IMG/VR virus record: IMGVR_UViG_2541047692_000014
Reading direction: 5' to 3' (one strand)
Length of the DNA: 29,480 nt
Source of the DNA: a virus
Taxonomy: Duplodnaviria > Heunggongvirae > Uroviricota > Caudoviricetes
Shown: one piece after another, positions 16,915-26,755 of the stretch
Layout: the number at the start of each line of letters is the position of its first letter
How positions within the stretch are numbered: position 1 is the first letter of the stretch
Position numbers and translations under genes: made by a program
Notes under the pieces: model-generated
What the model was told of the DNA's origin: nothing
Seen by the model: only the letters and a program-made list of their open reading frames with translations
The model's database searches: none

Positions 16915-17550
16915 ATGAACACTCTCGCAAATATTCAGGAACTCGCGCGCGTACTGCGCAACATGATTCGCACCGGCCTTGTCGTCGAAACCGACCTTAA
17001 CGCCGGTCGCTGCCGTGTGCAGACCGGCGGCATGTGCACTGACTGGCTTCAGTGGCTGACCCATCGTGCCGGTCGTTCGCGCACATGGTGGGCACCTTCC
17101 GTGGGGGAGCAGGTGCTGATTCTGGCCGTGGGCGGTGAACTCGACACGGCGTTCGTTCTGCCGGGGATTTATTCCGGCGATAACCCCGCGCCGTCTGCGT
17201 CGGCGGATGCCCTGCATATCCGTTTCCCTGACGGGGCGGTGATTGAGTATGAACCCGAAACCCGTGCGCTTACGGTAAGCGGAATTAAAACGGCCAGCGT
17301 GACGGCTTCTGATTCTGTTACTGCCACGGTGCCGGTGGTCATGGTGAAAGCATCAACCCGCATCACCCTGGACACACCGGAGGTGGTCTGCACCAACAGG
17401 CTGATCACCGGCACGCTGGAAGTGCAGAAGGGCGGGACGATGCGCGGCAACATTGAACACACCGGCGGTGAACTCTCATCAAACGGTAAGGTACTGCATA
17501 CCCATAAACACCCCGGCGACAGCGGCGGCACAACCGGGAGTCCTTTATGA
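16915..17550 (+). CDS. V: Baseplate spike/assembly protein V, 211 aa
   Basis: 211-aa ORF, the P2 gpV length, first gene of the baseplate operon. Confidence 0.9.
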   Translation: MNTLANIQELARVLRNMIRTGLVVETDLNAGRCRVQTGGMCTDWLQWLTHRAGRSRTWWAPSVGEQVLILAVGGELDTAFVLPGIYSGDNPAPSASADALHIRFPDGAVIEYEPETRALTVSGIKTASVTASDSVTATVPVVMVKASTRITLDTPEVVCTNRLITGTLEVQKGGTMRGNIEHTGGELSSNGKVLHTHKHPGDSGGTTGSPL

Positions 17551-17894
17551 CAGCGCGTTATCTCGGAATGAATCGCAGTGATGGCCTGACTGTCACTGAC
17601 CTTGAGCATATCAGCCAGAGTATCGGCGATATCCTGCGCACACCGGTCGGCTCACGGGTGATGCGTCGTGATTACGGCTCGTTGCTGGCGTCAATGATTG
17701 ACCAGCCGCAGACTCCGGCGCTTGAGTTGCAGATTAAGGTCGCCTGTTACATGGCGGTGCTGAAATGGGAACCCCGCGTCACCCTGTCATCCGTCACCAC
17801 TGAGCGCAGTTTTGACGGGCGAATGACTGTCACTTTGACCGGCCAGCACAACGACACCGGCCAGCCACTTTCGTTAACCATCCCTGTGAGTTGA
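17547..17894 (+). CDS. W: Baseplate wedge protein W (GP25-like), 115 aa
   Basis: 115-aa ORF, the P2 gpW length, with ATGA overlap with V. Confidence 0.9.
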   Translation: MTARYLGMNRSDGLTVTDLEHISQSIGDILRTPVGSRVMRRDYGSLLASMIDQPQTPALELQIKVACYMAVLKWEPRVTLSSVTTERSFDGRMTVTLTGQHNDTGQPLSLTIPVS

Positions 17895-17898
17895 AACC

Positions 17899-18807
17899 AT
17901 GCCGATTATCGACCTGAACCAGCTACCCGCACCGGATGTGGTCGAGGAGCTGGACTTTGAAACCATTCTTGCCGAACGCAAGGCGACACTGATTTCCCTT
18001 TACCCGGAAGACCAGCAGGAGGCGGTTGCCCGTACCCTGACGCTGGAATCTGAGCCTCTCGTCAAACTGCTGGAGGAAAATGCTTATCGTGAGCTTATCT
18101 GGCGTCAGCGTGTGAATGAGGCCGCACGGGCAGTGATGCTGGCCTGTGCCGCCGGTAATGACCTTGATGTGATTGGTGCCAATTACAACACCACGCGCCT
18201 GATTATCACCCCGGCAGATGATTCGACTATCCCGCCGACACCGGCAGTGATGGAATCTGACACGGATTATCGTCTGCGTATTCAGCAGGCGTTTGAAGGT
18301 TTAAGCGTCGCCGGGTCAGTGGGAGCCTATCAGTATCATGGTCGTAGTGCCGACGGGCGTGTCGCGGATATCTCTGTTACCAGTCCGTCTCCGGCCTGCG
18401 TCACCATCTCTGTGCTGTCACGTGAAAATAACGGTGTCGCATCCGAAGACCTGCTGGCGGTGGTGCGTAACGCCCTTAATGGCGAGGACGTCAGGCCGGT
18501 GGCCGACCGCGTGACCGTGCAGTCTGCCGCCATCGTTGAATACCAGATAAACGCCACGCTTTACCTTTACCCTGGTCCCGAAAGCGAACCCATACGCGCT
18601 GCCGCCGTGAAAAAACTGGAAGCGTACATCACGGCACAGCACCGGCTGGGGCGTGACATCCGTCTGTCTGCCATTTATGCCGCTTTGCATGTGGAAGGCG
18701 TGCAGCGTGTCGAACTGGCTGCACCGCTGGCCGATATCGTGCTCAACAGTACGCAGGCGTCTTTCTGTACCGAATACAGCGTCGTGACCGGAGGCTCGGA
18801 TGAGTGA
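17899..18807 (+). CDS. J: Baseplate protein J, 302 aa
   Basis: 302-aa ORF at the P2 gpJ position and length. Confidence 0.9.
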   Translation: MPIIDLNQLPAPDVVEELDFETILAERKATLISLYPEDQQEAVARTLTLESEPLVKLLEENAYRELIWRQRVNEAARAVMLACAAGNDLDVIGANYNTTRLIITPADDSTIPPTPAVMESDTDYRLRIQQAFEGLSVAGSVGAYQYHGRSADGRVADISVTSPSPACVTISVLSRENNGVASEDLLAVVRNALNGEDVRPVADRVTVQSAAIVEYQINATLYLYPGPESEPIRAAAVKKLEAYITAQHRLGRDIRLSAIYAALHVEGVQRVELAAPLADIVLNSTQASFCTEYSVVTGGSDE

Positions 18808-19330
18808 TTCGCGACTACTGCCGACCGGCTCATCACCGCTTGAAGTCGCCGCCGCAAAAGCCTGTGCGGAAATTGAAAAAACACCGGTCAGTATTCGTGA
18901 GCTGTGGAACCCGGACTCCTGTCCGGCAAATCTGCTGCCGTGGCTGGCGTGGGCGTTTTCGGTCGACAGATGGGATGAAAAGTGGCCGGAAGCGACAAAA
19001 CGCGCTGTTATCCGCGATGCCTATTTCATCCACTGTCATAAAGGCACTATAGGTGCAATCCGGCGTGTGGTGGAGCCGCTGGGCTATCTCATCAACGTGA
19101 CGGAGTGGTGGGAAACCAGTGACCCGCCGGGCACCTTCCGGCTTGATATTGGTGTACTGGAAAGTGGCATCACAGAGGCAATGTATCAGGAAATGGAACG
19201 GCTGATTGCTGATGCCAAACCTGCAAGCCGCCACCTTATTGGCCTGAACATTACCCGGGACATTCCCGGCTACCTGTTCGCCGGTGGTGTGGCTTACGAC
19301 GGCGATGTAATTACGGTTTACCCCGGATAA
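18800..19330 (+). CDS. I: Baseplate/tail protein I, 176 aa
   Basis: 176-aa ORF overlapping the J 3' end, the P2 gpI length. Confidence 0.9.
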   Translation: MSDSRLLPTGSSPLEVAAAKACAEIEKTPVSIRELWNPDSCPANLLPWLAWAFSVDRWDEKWPEATKRAVIRDAYFIHCHKGTIGAIRRVVEPLGYLINVTEWWETSDPPGTFRLDIGVLESGITEAMYQEMERLIADAKPASRHLIGLNITRDIPGYLFAGGVAYDGDVITVYPG

Positions 19331-19340
19331 GTGAGGAATA

Positions 19341-21431
19341 ATGAGCACAAAATTCAAAACCGTTATCACCACTGCCGGTGCAGCAAAGCTGGCAGCGGCA
19401 ACCGCGCCGGGAGGGCGGAAGGTCAACATTACCACGATGGCCGTCGGGGATGGCGGTGGTAAATTGCCTGTCCCGGATGCCGGACAGACCGGGCTTATCC
19501 ATGAAGTCTGGCGACATGCGCTGAACAAAATCAGCCAGGACAAACGAAACAGTAATTATATTATCGCAGAGCTGGTTATTCCGCCGGAGGTGGGCGGTTT
19601 CTGGATGCGTGAGCTTGGCCTGTACGATGATGCGGGAACGTTAATTGCCGTGGCGAACATGGCCGAAAGTTATAAGCCTGCCCTTGCCGAAGGCTCAGGG
19701 CGTTCGCAGACCTGCCGCATGGTCATCATCGTCAGCAGTGTGGCCTCAGTGGCGCTGACCATTGACACCACAACGGTGATGGCGACGCAGGATTACGTTG
19801 ATGACAAAATTGCAGAGCACGAACAGTCACGACGTCACCCGGACGCCTCGCTGACCGAAAAAGGTTTTACTCAGTTAAGCAGTGCGACCAACAGTACGTC
19901 TGAAACACTGGCCGCAACGCCGAAAGCGGTAAAGGCCGCGTATGACCTGGCTAACGGGAAATATACCGCACAGGACGCCACCACAGCGCGAAAAGGCCTT
20001 GTCCAGCTCAGTAGTGCCACCAACAGCACGTCTGAAACGCTCGCCGCAACACCAAAAGCGGTAAAAGCAGCATATGACCTTGCTAACGGGAAATATACAG
20101 CACAGGACGCCACCACAGCGCGAAAAGGCCTTGTCCAGCTCAGTAGCGCCACCAACAGCGACTCTGAAACGCTTGCGGCAACGCCAAAGGCGGTTAAGAC
20201 AGCGTATGACCTTGCTAACGGGAAATACACTGCACAGGATGCCACCACGGCGCGAAAAGGTCTTGTTCAGCTCAGTAGCGCAACCAACAGTGATTCTGAA
20301 ACGCTGGCTGCAACACCAAAAGCGGTGAAGTCTGCCTATGACAATGCTGAAAAACGTCTTCAGAAAGATCAGAACGGTGCGGATATTCCGGGAAAGGATA
20401 CCTTCACGAAAAATATCGGTGCCTGTCGTGCTTATAGCGGCGCTTTGAGCACTGAAGCCGGAAACTGGACAACCGCTCAGTTTATTGAATGGCTGGATTC
20501 CCGTGGTGCATTTAATCATCCGTACTGGATGTGCAAAGGCTCCTGGTCATATGCAAATAACAAAATCATTACGGATACCGGATGTGGTGATATCCACCTG
20601 GCTGGTTGTGTCGTCGAGGTCATGGGAACTAAATCTGCAATCACTATCCGAGTGACCACGCCGACAACATCAAGCGGTGGCGGTACAACCAGCGCACAAT
20701 TCACTTACATTAATCATGGGGACGGCTACTCCCCCGGCTGGCGTCGTGACTGGAATCGTCAGGGCGACGCAATGACCGGAACGATTAATCAGGACGGCGG
20801 AAGCCAGAATACCTATATGTCTACGGCCTTATGTTCAGGCACCAGAGGCGGCAAAAAATATCTCAGAAAGTTTCGTGGTGGAGAAGGAGACACTATCTGG
20901 CATGAAACAGTACAGGGCGGGGTAGTTCGCTGGGCGACAGGTAATACTGATGCTCAGGAAGAATTATCACTAAGCTCCGCTTATGGTCTCCGTTCAAGAG
21001 GTGAAATTACATCACTCAGTGCTAATGGTCTGCGCATTGCTTATGGCAATTATGGATTCTTTATCAGGAATGATGGCGGCAGCACATATTTAATGCTGAC
21101 GGCCTCTGGCGATAAATTTGGAACATGGAACGGTTTAAGACCGCTGACTATCAATAACGCCAATGGCGGAGTGTCAATGGGGCATGGCCTGAGTGTTACT
21201 GGACGTGTTAACCCATCAGATTACGGAAATTTTGATTCCCGCTATGTGAAAGATATTCGCCTGGGTACGCGTGTTGTTCAGACCATGCAAAAAGGCGTGA
21301 TGTATGAGAAAGCAGGGCATGCAATTACAGGACTTGGCATTGTCGGCGAAGTTGATGGCGATGATCCGGCAGTATTCAGACCAATACAAAAATACATTAA
21401 TGGCACATGGTATAACGTCGCACAGGTGTAA
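19341..21431 (+). CDS. H: Tail fibre protein H, 696 aa, with internal tandem 40-aa repeats
   Basis: Long ORF between I and the fibre assembly gene G; 696 aa against about 669 for P2 H, so the fibre differs in length from P2. Confidence 0.9.
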   Translation: MSTKFKTVITTAGAAKLAAATAPGGRKVNITTMAVGDGGGKLPVPDAGQTGLIHEVWRHALNKISQDKRNSNYIIAELVIPPEVGGFWMRELGLYDDAGTLIAVANMAESYKPALAEGSGRSQTCRMVIIVSSVASVALTIDTTTVMATQDYVDDKIAEHEQSRRHPDASLTEKGFTQLSSATNSTSETLAATPKAVKAAYDLANGKYTAQDATTARKGLVQLSSATNSTSETLAATPKAVKAAYDLANGKYTAQDATTARKGLVQLSSATNSDSETLAATPKAVKTAYDLANGKYTAQDATTARKGLVQLSSATNSDSETLAATPKAVKSAYDNAEKRLQKDQNGADIPGKDTFTKNIGACRAYSGALSTEAGNWTTAQFIEWLDSRGAFNHPYWMCKGSWSYANNKIITDTGCGDIHLAGCVVEVMGTKSAITIRVTTPTTSSGGGTTSAQFTYINHGDGYSPGWRRDWNRQGDAMTGTINQDGGSQNTYMSTALCSGTRGGKKYLRKFRGGEGDTIWHETVQGGVVRWATGNTDAQEELSLSSAYGLRSRGEITSLSANGLRIAYGNYGFFIRNDGGSTYLMLTASGDKFGTWNGLRPLTINNANGGVSMGHGLSVTGRVNPSDYGNFDSRYVKDIRLGTRVVQTMQKGVMYEKAGHAITGLGIVGEVDGDDPAVFRPIQKYINGTWYNVAQV
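19860..20339 (+). repeat. Four tandem, in-frame 120-nt (40-aa) repeats inside tail fibre gene H
   Basis: Protein repeats of the form KGLVQLSSATNS(T/D)SETLAATPKAVKxAYDLANGKYTAQDATTAR. Nucleotide copies differ mainly at synonymous positions (e.g. ACGCCGAAAGCGGTAAAGGCC versus ACACCAAAAGCGGTAAAAGCA). Confidence 0.85.
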
Positions 21432-21434
21432 TTT

Positions 21435-21962
21435 ATGCAGCATTTAAAAAATATTACTGCGGGTAATCCCAAAACTGTTGCCCAATATCAACTGACAAAA
21501 AATTTTGATGTTATCTGGTTATGGTCTGAAGACGGAAAAAACTGGTATGAGGAAGTAAGTAATTTTCAGGAAGACACGATAAAGATTGTTTACGACGAGA
21601 ATAATATAATTGTCGGCATCACCAGAGATGCTTCAACGCTTAACCCTGAAGGTTTTAGCGTTGCCGAGGTTCCTGATATTACCGCCAACCGACGTGCTGA
21701 TGACTCAGGTAAATGGATGTTTAAGGATGGTGCCGTGATTAAGCGGATTTATACGGCAGACGAACAGCAGCAACTGGCAGAATCACAAAAGGCAACTTTA
21801 CTTTCCGAAGCTGAATCCGTGATTTTGCCGCTGGAGCGCGCTGTCAGGCTGAATATGGCAACAGATGAGGAGCGCCGCCGACTGGAAGCATGGGAACGCT
21901 ACAGCGTTCTGGTCAGTCGTGTGGATACTGCAAATCCTGAATGGCCGGAAATACCGCAATAA
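21435..21962 (+). CDS. G: Tail fibre assembly (chaperone) protein G, 175 aa
   Basis: 175-aa ORF immediately after H, the P2 gpG length. Confidence 0.9.
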   Translation: MQHLKNITAGNPKTVAQYQLTKNFDVIWLWSEDGKNWYEEVSNFQEDTIKIVYDENNIIVGITRDASTLNPEGFSVAEVPDITANRRADDSGKWMFKDGAVIKRIYTADEQQQLAESQKATLLSEAESVILPLERAVRLNMATDEERRRLEAWERYSVLVSRVDTANPEWPEIPQ

Positions 21963-21971
21963 ACACAAGGC

Positions 21972-21995
21972 GGGCTTATTGTCCGCTTTTTCTTT
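21972..21995 (+). terminator. Putative terminator after the V-W-J-I-H-G operon
   Basis: GCGGGC-TTATT-GTCCGC hairpin (one G-T wobble) followed by TTTTTCTTT, 10 nt after the G stop. Confidence 0.45.
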
Positions 21996-22095
21996 ATCGG
22001 TGGTTGTGCTGTCGATTAGCCAACCGGGACAAATAGCCTGACATCTCCGGCACAACTGAAAATACCACTCACCCATTAACCACGGAGTTAAACGG

Positions 22096-23286
22096 ATGAG
22101 TGATTATCATCACGGTGTGCAGGTGCTGGAGATTAACGACGGCACCCGCGTCATTTCCACCGTATCCACCGCCATTGTCGGCATGGTCTGCACGGCCAGC
22201 GATGCAGATGCGGAAACCTTCCCCCTCAATAAACCGGTGCTGATTACCAATGTGCAGAGCGCAATTGCAAAGGCCGGTAAAAAAGGCACGCTGGCGGCAT
22301 CGTTGCAGGCCATCGCCGACCAGTCAAAACCGGTCACCGTTGTCGTGCGCGTGGAAGACGGCACCGGCGACGACGAAGAAACGAAACTCGCGCAGACCGT
22401 TTCCAATATCATCGGCACCACTGACGAAAACGGTCAGTACACCGGACTGAAAGCCCTGCTGGCGGCGGAATCGGTAACCGGTGTTAAACCGCGTATTCTC
22501 GGTGTGCCGGGGCTGGATACCAAAGAGGTGGCTGTTGCACTGGCATCAGTCTGTCAGAAGCTGCGCGCTTTCGGGTATATCAGCGCATGGGGCTGTAAGA
22601 CCATTTCCGAGGTGAAAGCTTACCGCCAGAATTTCAGCCAGCGTGAGCTGATGGTCATCTGGCCGGATTTCCTCGCATGGGATACGGTCACCAGTACCAC
22701 CGCCACCGCGTATGCCACCGCCCGTGCGCTGGGGCTGCGTGCCAAAATCGACCAGGAGCAGGGATGGCATAAAACGCTGTCCAACGTCGGGGTGAACGGT
22801 GTTACCGGCATCAGCGCATCTGTATTCTGGGATTTGCAGGAGTCCGGCACCGATGCTGACCTGCTGAACGAGTCAGGCGTCACAACGCTGATTCGCCGCG
22901 ACGGTTTCCGCTTCTGGGGTAACCGTACCTGCTCTGATGACCCGCTGTTCCTCTTTGAAAACTACACCCGCACCGCGCAGGTGCTGGCTGACACGATGGC
23001 TGAGGCGCACATGTGGGCGGTGGACAAGCCCATCACCGCAACGCTGATTCGCGACATCGTTGACGGCATCAATGCCAAATTCCGTGAGCTGAAAACAAAC
23101 GGCTATATCGTGGATGCGACCTGCTGGTTCAGCGAAGAATCCAACGATGCGGAAACCCTCAAGGCCGGAAAACTGTATATCGACTACGACTATACCCCGG
23201 TGCCTCCTCTTGAAAACCTGACCCTGCGCCAGCGTATCACCGATAAATATCTGGCAAATCTGGTCACCTCGGTTAACAGCAATTAA
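22096..23286 (+). CDS. FI: Contractile tail sheath protein, 396 aa
   Basis: 396-aa ORF with SD (ACGGAGTTAAACGG-ATG), the P2 gpFI length, first gene of the tail operon. Confidence 0.92.
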   Translation: MSDYHHGVQVLEINDGTRVISTVSTAIVGMVCTASDADAETFPLNKPVLITNVQSAIAKAGKKGTLAASLQAIADQSKPVTVVVRVEDGTGDDEETKLAQTVSNIIGTTDENGQYTGLKALLAAESVTGVKPRILGVPGLDTKEVAVALASVCQKLRAFGYISAWGCKTISEVKAYRQNFSQRELMVIWPDFLAWDTVTSTTATAYATARALGLRAKIDQEQGWHKTLSNVGVNGVTGISASVFWDLQESGTDADLLNESGVTTLIRRDGFRFWGNRTCSDDPLFLFENYTRTAQVLADTMAEAHMWAVDKPITATLIRDIVDGINAKFRELKTNGYIVDATCWFSEESNDAETLKAGKLYIDYDYTPVPPLENLTLRQRITDKYLANLVTSVNSN

Positions 23287-23298
23287 GGAGCCTGACCG

Positions 23299-23817
23299 AT
23301 GGCAATGCCGCGCAAACTCAAGTTAATGAACGTCTTTCTGAACGGCTACAGCTATCAGGGCGTTGCAAAGTCCGTCACGCTGCCAAAACTGACCCGTAAG
23401 CTCGAAAACTATCGCGGTGCGGGGATGAACGGCAGCGCACCGGTAGACCTCGGCCTTGATGACGATGCGCTGTCAATGGAGTGGTCGCTCGGGGGCTTCC
23501 CGGATTCGGTTATCTGGGAGCTTTACGCCGCAACCGGTGTGGATGCCGTGCCGATTCGTTTTGCAGGCTCTTACCAGCGCGACGATACCGGCGAAACGGT
23601 GGCCGTCGAAGTGGTCATGCGTGGACGTCAGAAAGAAATCGACACCGGCGAGGGTAAACAGGGAGAAGACACCGAGTCGAAAATCTCCGTGGTCTGCACC
23701 TATTTCCGGCTGACGATGGACGGTAAGGAGCTGGTCGAAATCGACACCATCAACATGATTGAGAAGGTGAACGGCGTCGACCGGCTGGAGCAACACCGCC
23801 GAAATATCGGCCTGTGA
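23299..23817 (+). CDS. FII: Tail tube protein, 172 aa
   Basis: 172-aa ORF directly after the sheath gene, the P2 gpFII length. Confidence 0.92.
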   Translation: MAMPRKLKLMNVFLNGYSYQGVAKSVTLPKLTRKLENYRGAGMNGSAPVDLGLDDDALSMEWSLGGFPDSVIWELYAATGVDAVPIRFAGSYQRDDTGETVAVEVVMRGRQKEIDTGEGKQGEDTESKISVVCTYFRLTMDGKELVEIDTINMIEKVNGVDRLEQHRRNIGL

Positions 23818-23873
23818 TTTTCATCCGGTCAGCCTGGCTGACCGGTTAACCCTGATTCAGAAGTGAGAAAACC

Positions 23874-24149
23874 ATGAACAAAGAAAATGTCATTACCCTG
23901 GACAATCCGGTCAAGCGTGGTGAGCAGGTTATCGAACAGGTCACGCTGATGAAACCCAGTGCGGGGACGCTGCGCGGTGTCAGTCTGGCTGCGGTCGCAA
24001 ACTCAGAAGTCGATGCACTGATTAAGGTGCTGCCGCGCATGACGGCACCGATGCTGACCGAGCAGGAAGTCGCCGCACTGGAACTGCCTGACCTTGTGGC
24101 GCTGGCCGGTAAGGTGGTCGGTTTTTTGTCGCCGAACTCGGTGCAGTGA
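23874..24149 (+). CDS. E: Tail assembly chaperone E, 91 aa (zero-frame product)
   Basis: 91-aa ORF between the tube and tape-measure genes; it contains the slippery heptamer T_TTT_TTG at 24122-24128. Confidence 0.88.
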   Translation: MNKENVITLDNPVKRGEQVIEQVTLMKPSAGTLRGVSLAAVANSEVDALIKVLPRMTAPMLTEQEVAALELPDLVALAGKVVGFLSPNSVQ

Positions 24150-24301
24150 CGTTCCCGAAAAATCTGTCGGTCGATGACCTGATGGCGGATGTGGCAGTGA
24201 TATTTCACTGGCCGCCATCAGAACTGTATCCCATGAGCCTGACCGAACTCATCACATGGCGCGAAAAGGCGCTCCGGCGAAGCGGAAACACGAATGAGTA
24301 A
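23874..24301 (+). CDS. E': Tail assembly chaperone E+E' fusion made by programmed -1 ribosomal frameshift, predicted 142 aa
   Basis: Slipping -1 at T_TTT_TTG (24122-24128) continues in an open frame (FVAELGAVTFPKNLSVDDLMADVAVIFHWPPSELYPMSLTELITWREKALRRSGNTNE) to TAA at 24299-24301, overlapping the T start. The predicted 142 aa matches P2 E+E'. Confidence 0.75.
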
Positions 24302-26741
24302 CAATGTAAAATTACAGGTATTGCTCAGGGCTGTTGACCAGGCATCCCGCCCGTTTAAATCAATCCGTACAGCGAGCAGGTCGCTGTCGGGGGATATCCG
24401 GGAAACACAAAAATCACTGCGCGAGCTGAACGGTCACGCATCCCGTATTGAGGGATTCCGCAAGACCAGTGCACAGCTCGCCGTGACTGGTCATGCACTT
24501 GAAAAGGCACGGCAGGAAGCCGAAGCCCTTGCCACACAGTTTAAAAACACCGAACGTCCGACCCGTGCTCAGGCGAAATTGCTGGAATCCGCAAAGCGTG
24601 CGGCGGAGGACTTACAGGCGAAATATAACCGCCTGACAGATTCCGTTAAACGCCAGCAGCGGGAACTGGCCGCTGTGGGAATTAATACCCGCAATCTTGC
24701 ACATGATGAGCAGGGACTGAAAAACCGTATCAGTGAAACCACCGCACAGCTTAACCGTCAGCGCGACGCGCTGGCGCGTGTCAGTGCGCAACAGGTAAAA
24801 CTTAACGCAGTCAAACAGCGTTATCAGGCCGGAAAGGAACTGGCCGGAAATATGGCCTCAGTGGGCGCTGCCGGTGTGGGGATTGCTGCTGCGGGAACGA
24901 TGGCCGGAGTTAAGCTGCTGATGCCCGGTTATGAGTTTGCGCAGAAAAACTCAGAATTACAGGCTGTGCTCGGAGTGGCAAAAGACTCCACCGAAATGGC
25001 CGCATTACGCAAACAGGCGCGCCAGCTCGGCGACAACACCGCCGCCTCGGCGGATGATGCAGCCGGTGCGCAGATTATCATTGCGAAAGCGGGTGGAGAT
25101 GCTGCGGCTATTCAGGCGGCAACGCCGGTCACGCTGAATATGGCACTGGCGAATCAGCGGTCGATGGAAGAAAACGCTCAACTGTTGCTGGGGACTAAGG
25201 CATCCTTTCAACTGTCAAATGATGATGTCAGCCATGTGGGCGACGTGTTGTCGGCAACGATGAATAAGTCGGCGGCTGATTTTCAGGGACTCAGTGATGC
25301 ACTGACTTACCTCGGGCCTGTTGCGAGGACGGCAGGTGTAAGTCTTGAGCAGGCAGCGGCCATGACAGGTGTGCTGCATGACAATAACATCAGGGGGTCA
25401 ATGGCTGGTACGGGTAGTAGCGCCGTTGTCACCCGATTACAGGCACCGACTGGAAAAGCATGGGATGCACTCAAAGAGCTTGGCGTTAAAACCTCGGACA
25501 AAAAGGGAAATATGCGTCCGTTGTTCACCATTCTGAAAGAGATTCAGGCCAGCTTTGATAAACACAAGCTGGGAACGTCTCAGAAGGGGGAATACCTTAA
25601 AACCATTTTTGGTGAGGAAGCCCTGAAATCAGCGAACGTTTTACTGGCAGCGGCAGCAAGCGGAAAACTGGATAAGCTGACCGCCACGCTGAAAGCCTCG
25701 GACGGTAAAACGGAAGAGCTGGTTAAAATCATGCAGGATAACCTCGGTGGTGACTTTAAGGAGTTTCAGTCCGCTTATGAGGCGGTGGGGACTGACCTGT
25801 TTGACCAGCAGGAAGGCACACTGCGTAAGCTCACGCAGACGGCCACAAAGTATGTGTTAAAACTCGACGGCTGGATCCAGAAAAACAAATCACTGGCGTC
25901 AACCATCGGCCTCATTGTCGGTGGCGCGCTGGCGCTTATTGGCATCATCGGTGCCATTGGTCTTGTAGCCTGGCCGGTTATCACCGGCATCAATGCCATT
26001 ATCGCGGCAGCAGGCGCAATGGGGGCAATCTTCACGACGGTTGGCAGTGCTGTTATGACGGCCATCGGGGCGATTAGCTGGCCGGTTGTGGCCGTGGTGG
26101 CTGCAATTGTCGCCGGGGCGTTGCTTATCCGTAAATACTGGGAGCCTGTCAGCGCATTCTTTGGCGGTGTGGTGGAAGGGCTGAAAGCGGCATTTGCGCC
26201 GGTGGGAGAACTGTTCACGCCACTGAAGCCGGTGTTTGACTGGCTGGGCGAAAAGTTACAGGCCGCGTGGCAGTGGTTTAAAAACCTGATTGCCCCGGTC
26301 AAAGCCACACAGGACACCCTGAACCGTTGCCGTGACACGGGCGTCATGTTCGGGCAGGCACTGGCTGACGCGCTGATGCTGCCGCTTAATGCGTTCAACA
26401 AACTGCGCAGCGGTATTGACTGGGTACTGGAAAAACTCGGTGTTATCAACAAAGAGTCAGACACACTTGACCAGACCGCAGCCAGAACTCATGCCGCCAC
26501 GTATGGCACCGGTGGTTATATTCCGGCGACCAGCTCTTATGCAGGCTATCAGGCTTATCAGCCGGTTACGGCACCGGCTGGCCGCTCTTATGTGGACCAG
26601 AGTAAAAACGAATATCACATCAACCTGACGGGCGGTACTGCGCCGGGAACACAGCTTGACCGCCAGTTACAGGATGCGCTCGAAAAATACGAGCGGGATA
26701 AACGTGCGCGCGCCCGTGCCAGCATGATGCATGACGGTTAA
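24294..26741 (+). CDS. T: Tail tape measure protein, 815 aa
   Basis: 815-aa ORF, the P2 gpT length, with a coiled-coil N-terminus and a Gly/Ala-rich hydrophobic central segment typical of tape-measure proteins. Confidence 0.92.
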   Translation: MSNNVKLQVLLRAVDQASRPFKSIRTASRSLSGDIRETQKSLRELNGHASRIEGFRKTSAQLAVTGHALEKARQEAEALATQFKNTERPTRAQAKLLESAKRAAEDLQAKYNRLTDSVKRQQRELAAVGINTRNLAHDEQGLKNRISETTAQLNRQRDALARVSAQQVKLNAVKQRYQAGKELAGNMASVGAAGVGIAAAGTMAGVKLLMPGYEFAQKNSELQAVLGVAKDSTEMAALRKQARQLGDNTAASADDAAGAQIIIAKAGGDAAAIQAATPVTLNMALANQRSMEENAQLLLGTKASFQLSNDDVSHVGDVLSATMNKSAADFQGLSDALTYLGPVARTAGVSLEQAAAMTGVLHDNNIRGSMAGTGSSAVVTRLQAPTGKAWDALKELGVKTSDKKGNMRPLFTILKEIQASFDKHKLGTSQKGEYLKTIFGEEALKSANVLLAAAASGKLDKLTATLKASDGKTEELVKIMQDNLGGDFKEFQSAYEAVGTDLFDQQEGTLRKLTQTATKYVLKLDGWIQKNKSLASTIGLIVGGALALIGIIGAIGLVAWPVITGINAIIAAAGAMGAIFTTVGSAVMTAIGAISWPVVAVVAAIVAGALLIRKYWEPVSAFFGGVVEGLKAAFAPVGELFTPLKPVFDWLGEKLQAAWQWFKNLIAPVKATQDTLNRCRDTGVMFGQALADALMLPLNAFNKLRSGIDWVLEKLGVINKESDTLDQTAARTHAATYGTGGYIPATSSYAGYQAYQPVTAPAGRSYVDQSKNEYHINLTGGTAPGTQLDRQLQDALEKYERDKRARARASMMHDG

Positions 26742-26755
26742 GGAGGTGACGAAAA

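Noticed and set aside
16693-17217. 174-aa minus-strand ORF
   Set aside because: Spans the S/V junction on the opposite strand; the flanking genes are well supported and there are no start signals.
18833-19543. 236-aa minus-strand ORF
   Set aside because: Antisense to the I and H genes.
19860-20339. Possible CRISPR-like array because of regular 120-nt periodicity
   Set aside because: The repeats are contiguous with no unique spacers, lie in frame within H and encode conserved peptide repeats; this is a protein repeat, not a CRISPR array.
19871-20519. Minus-strand ORFs of 125 and 214 aa inside tail fibre gene H
   Set aside because: They are antisense shadows of the in-frame tandem repeats, entirely within a high-confidence structural gene, and their translations are repetitive and low-complexity.
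25775-26464. 229-aa minus-strand ORF
   Set aside because: Antisense to the tape measure gene T; low-complexity Ala/Ser/Thr-rich translation with no start context.
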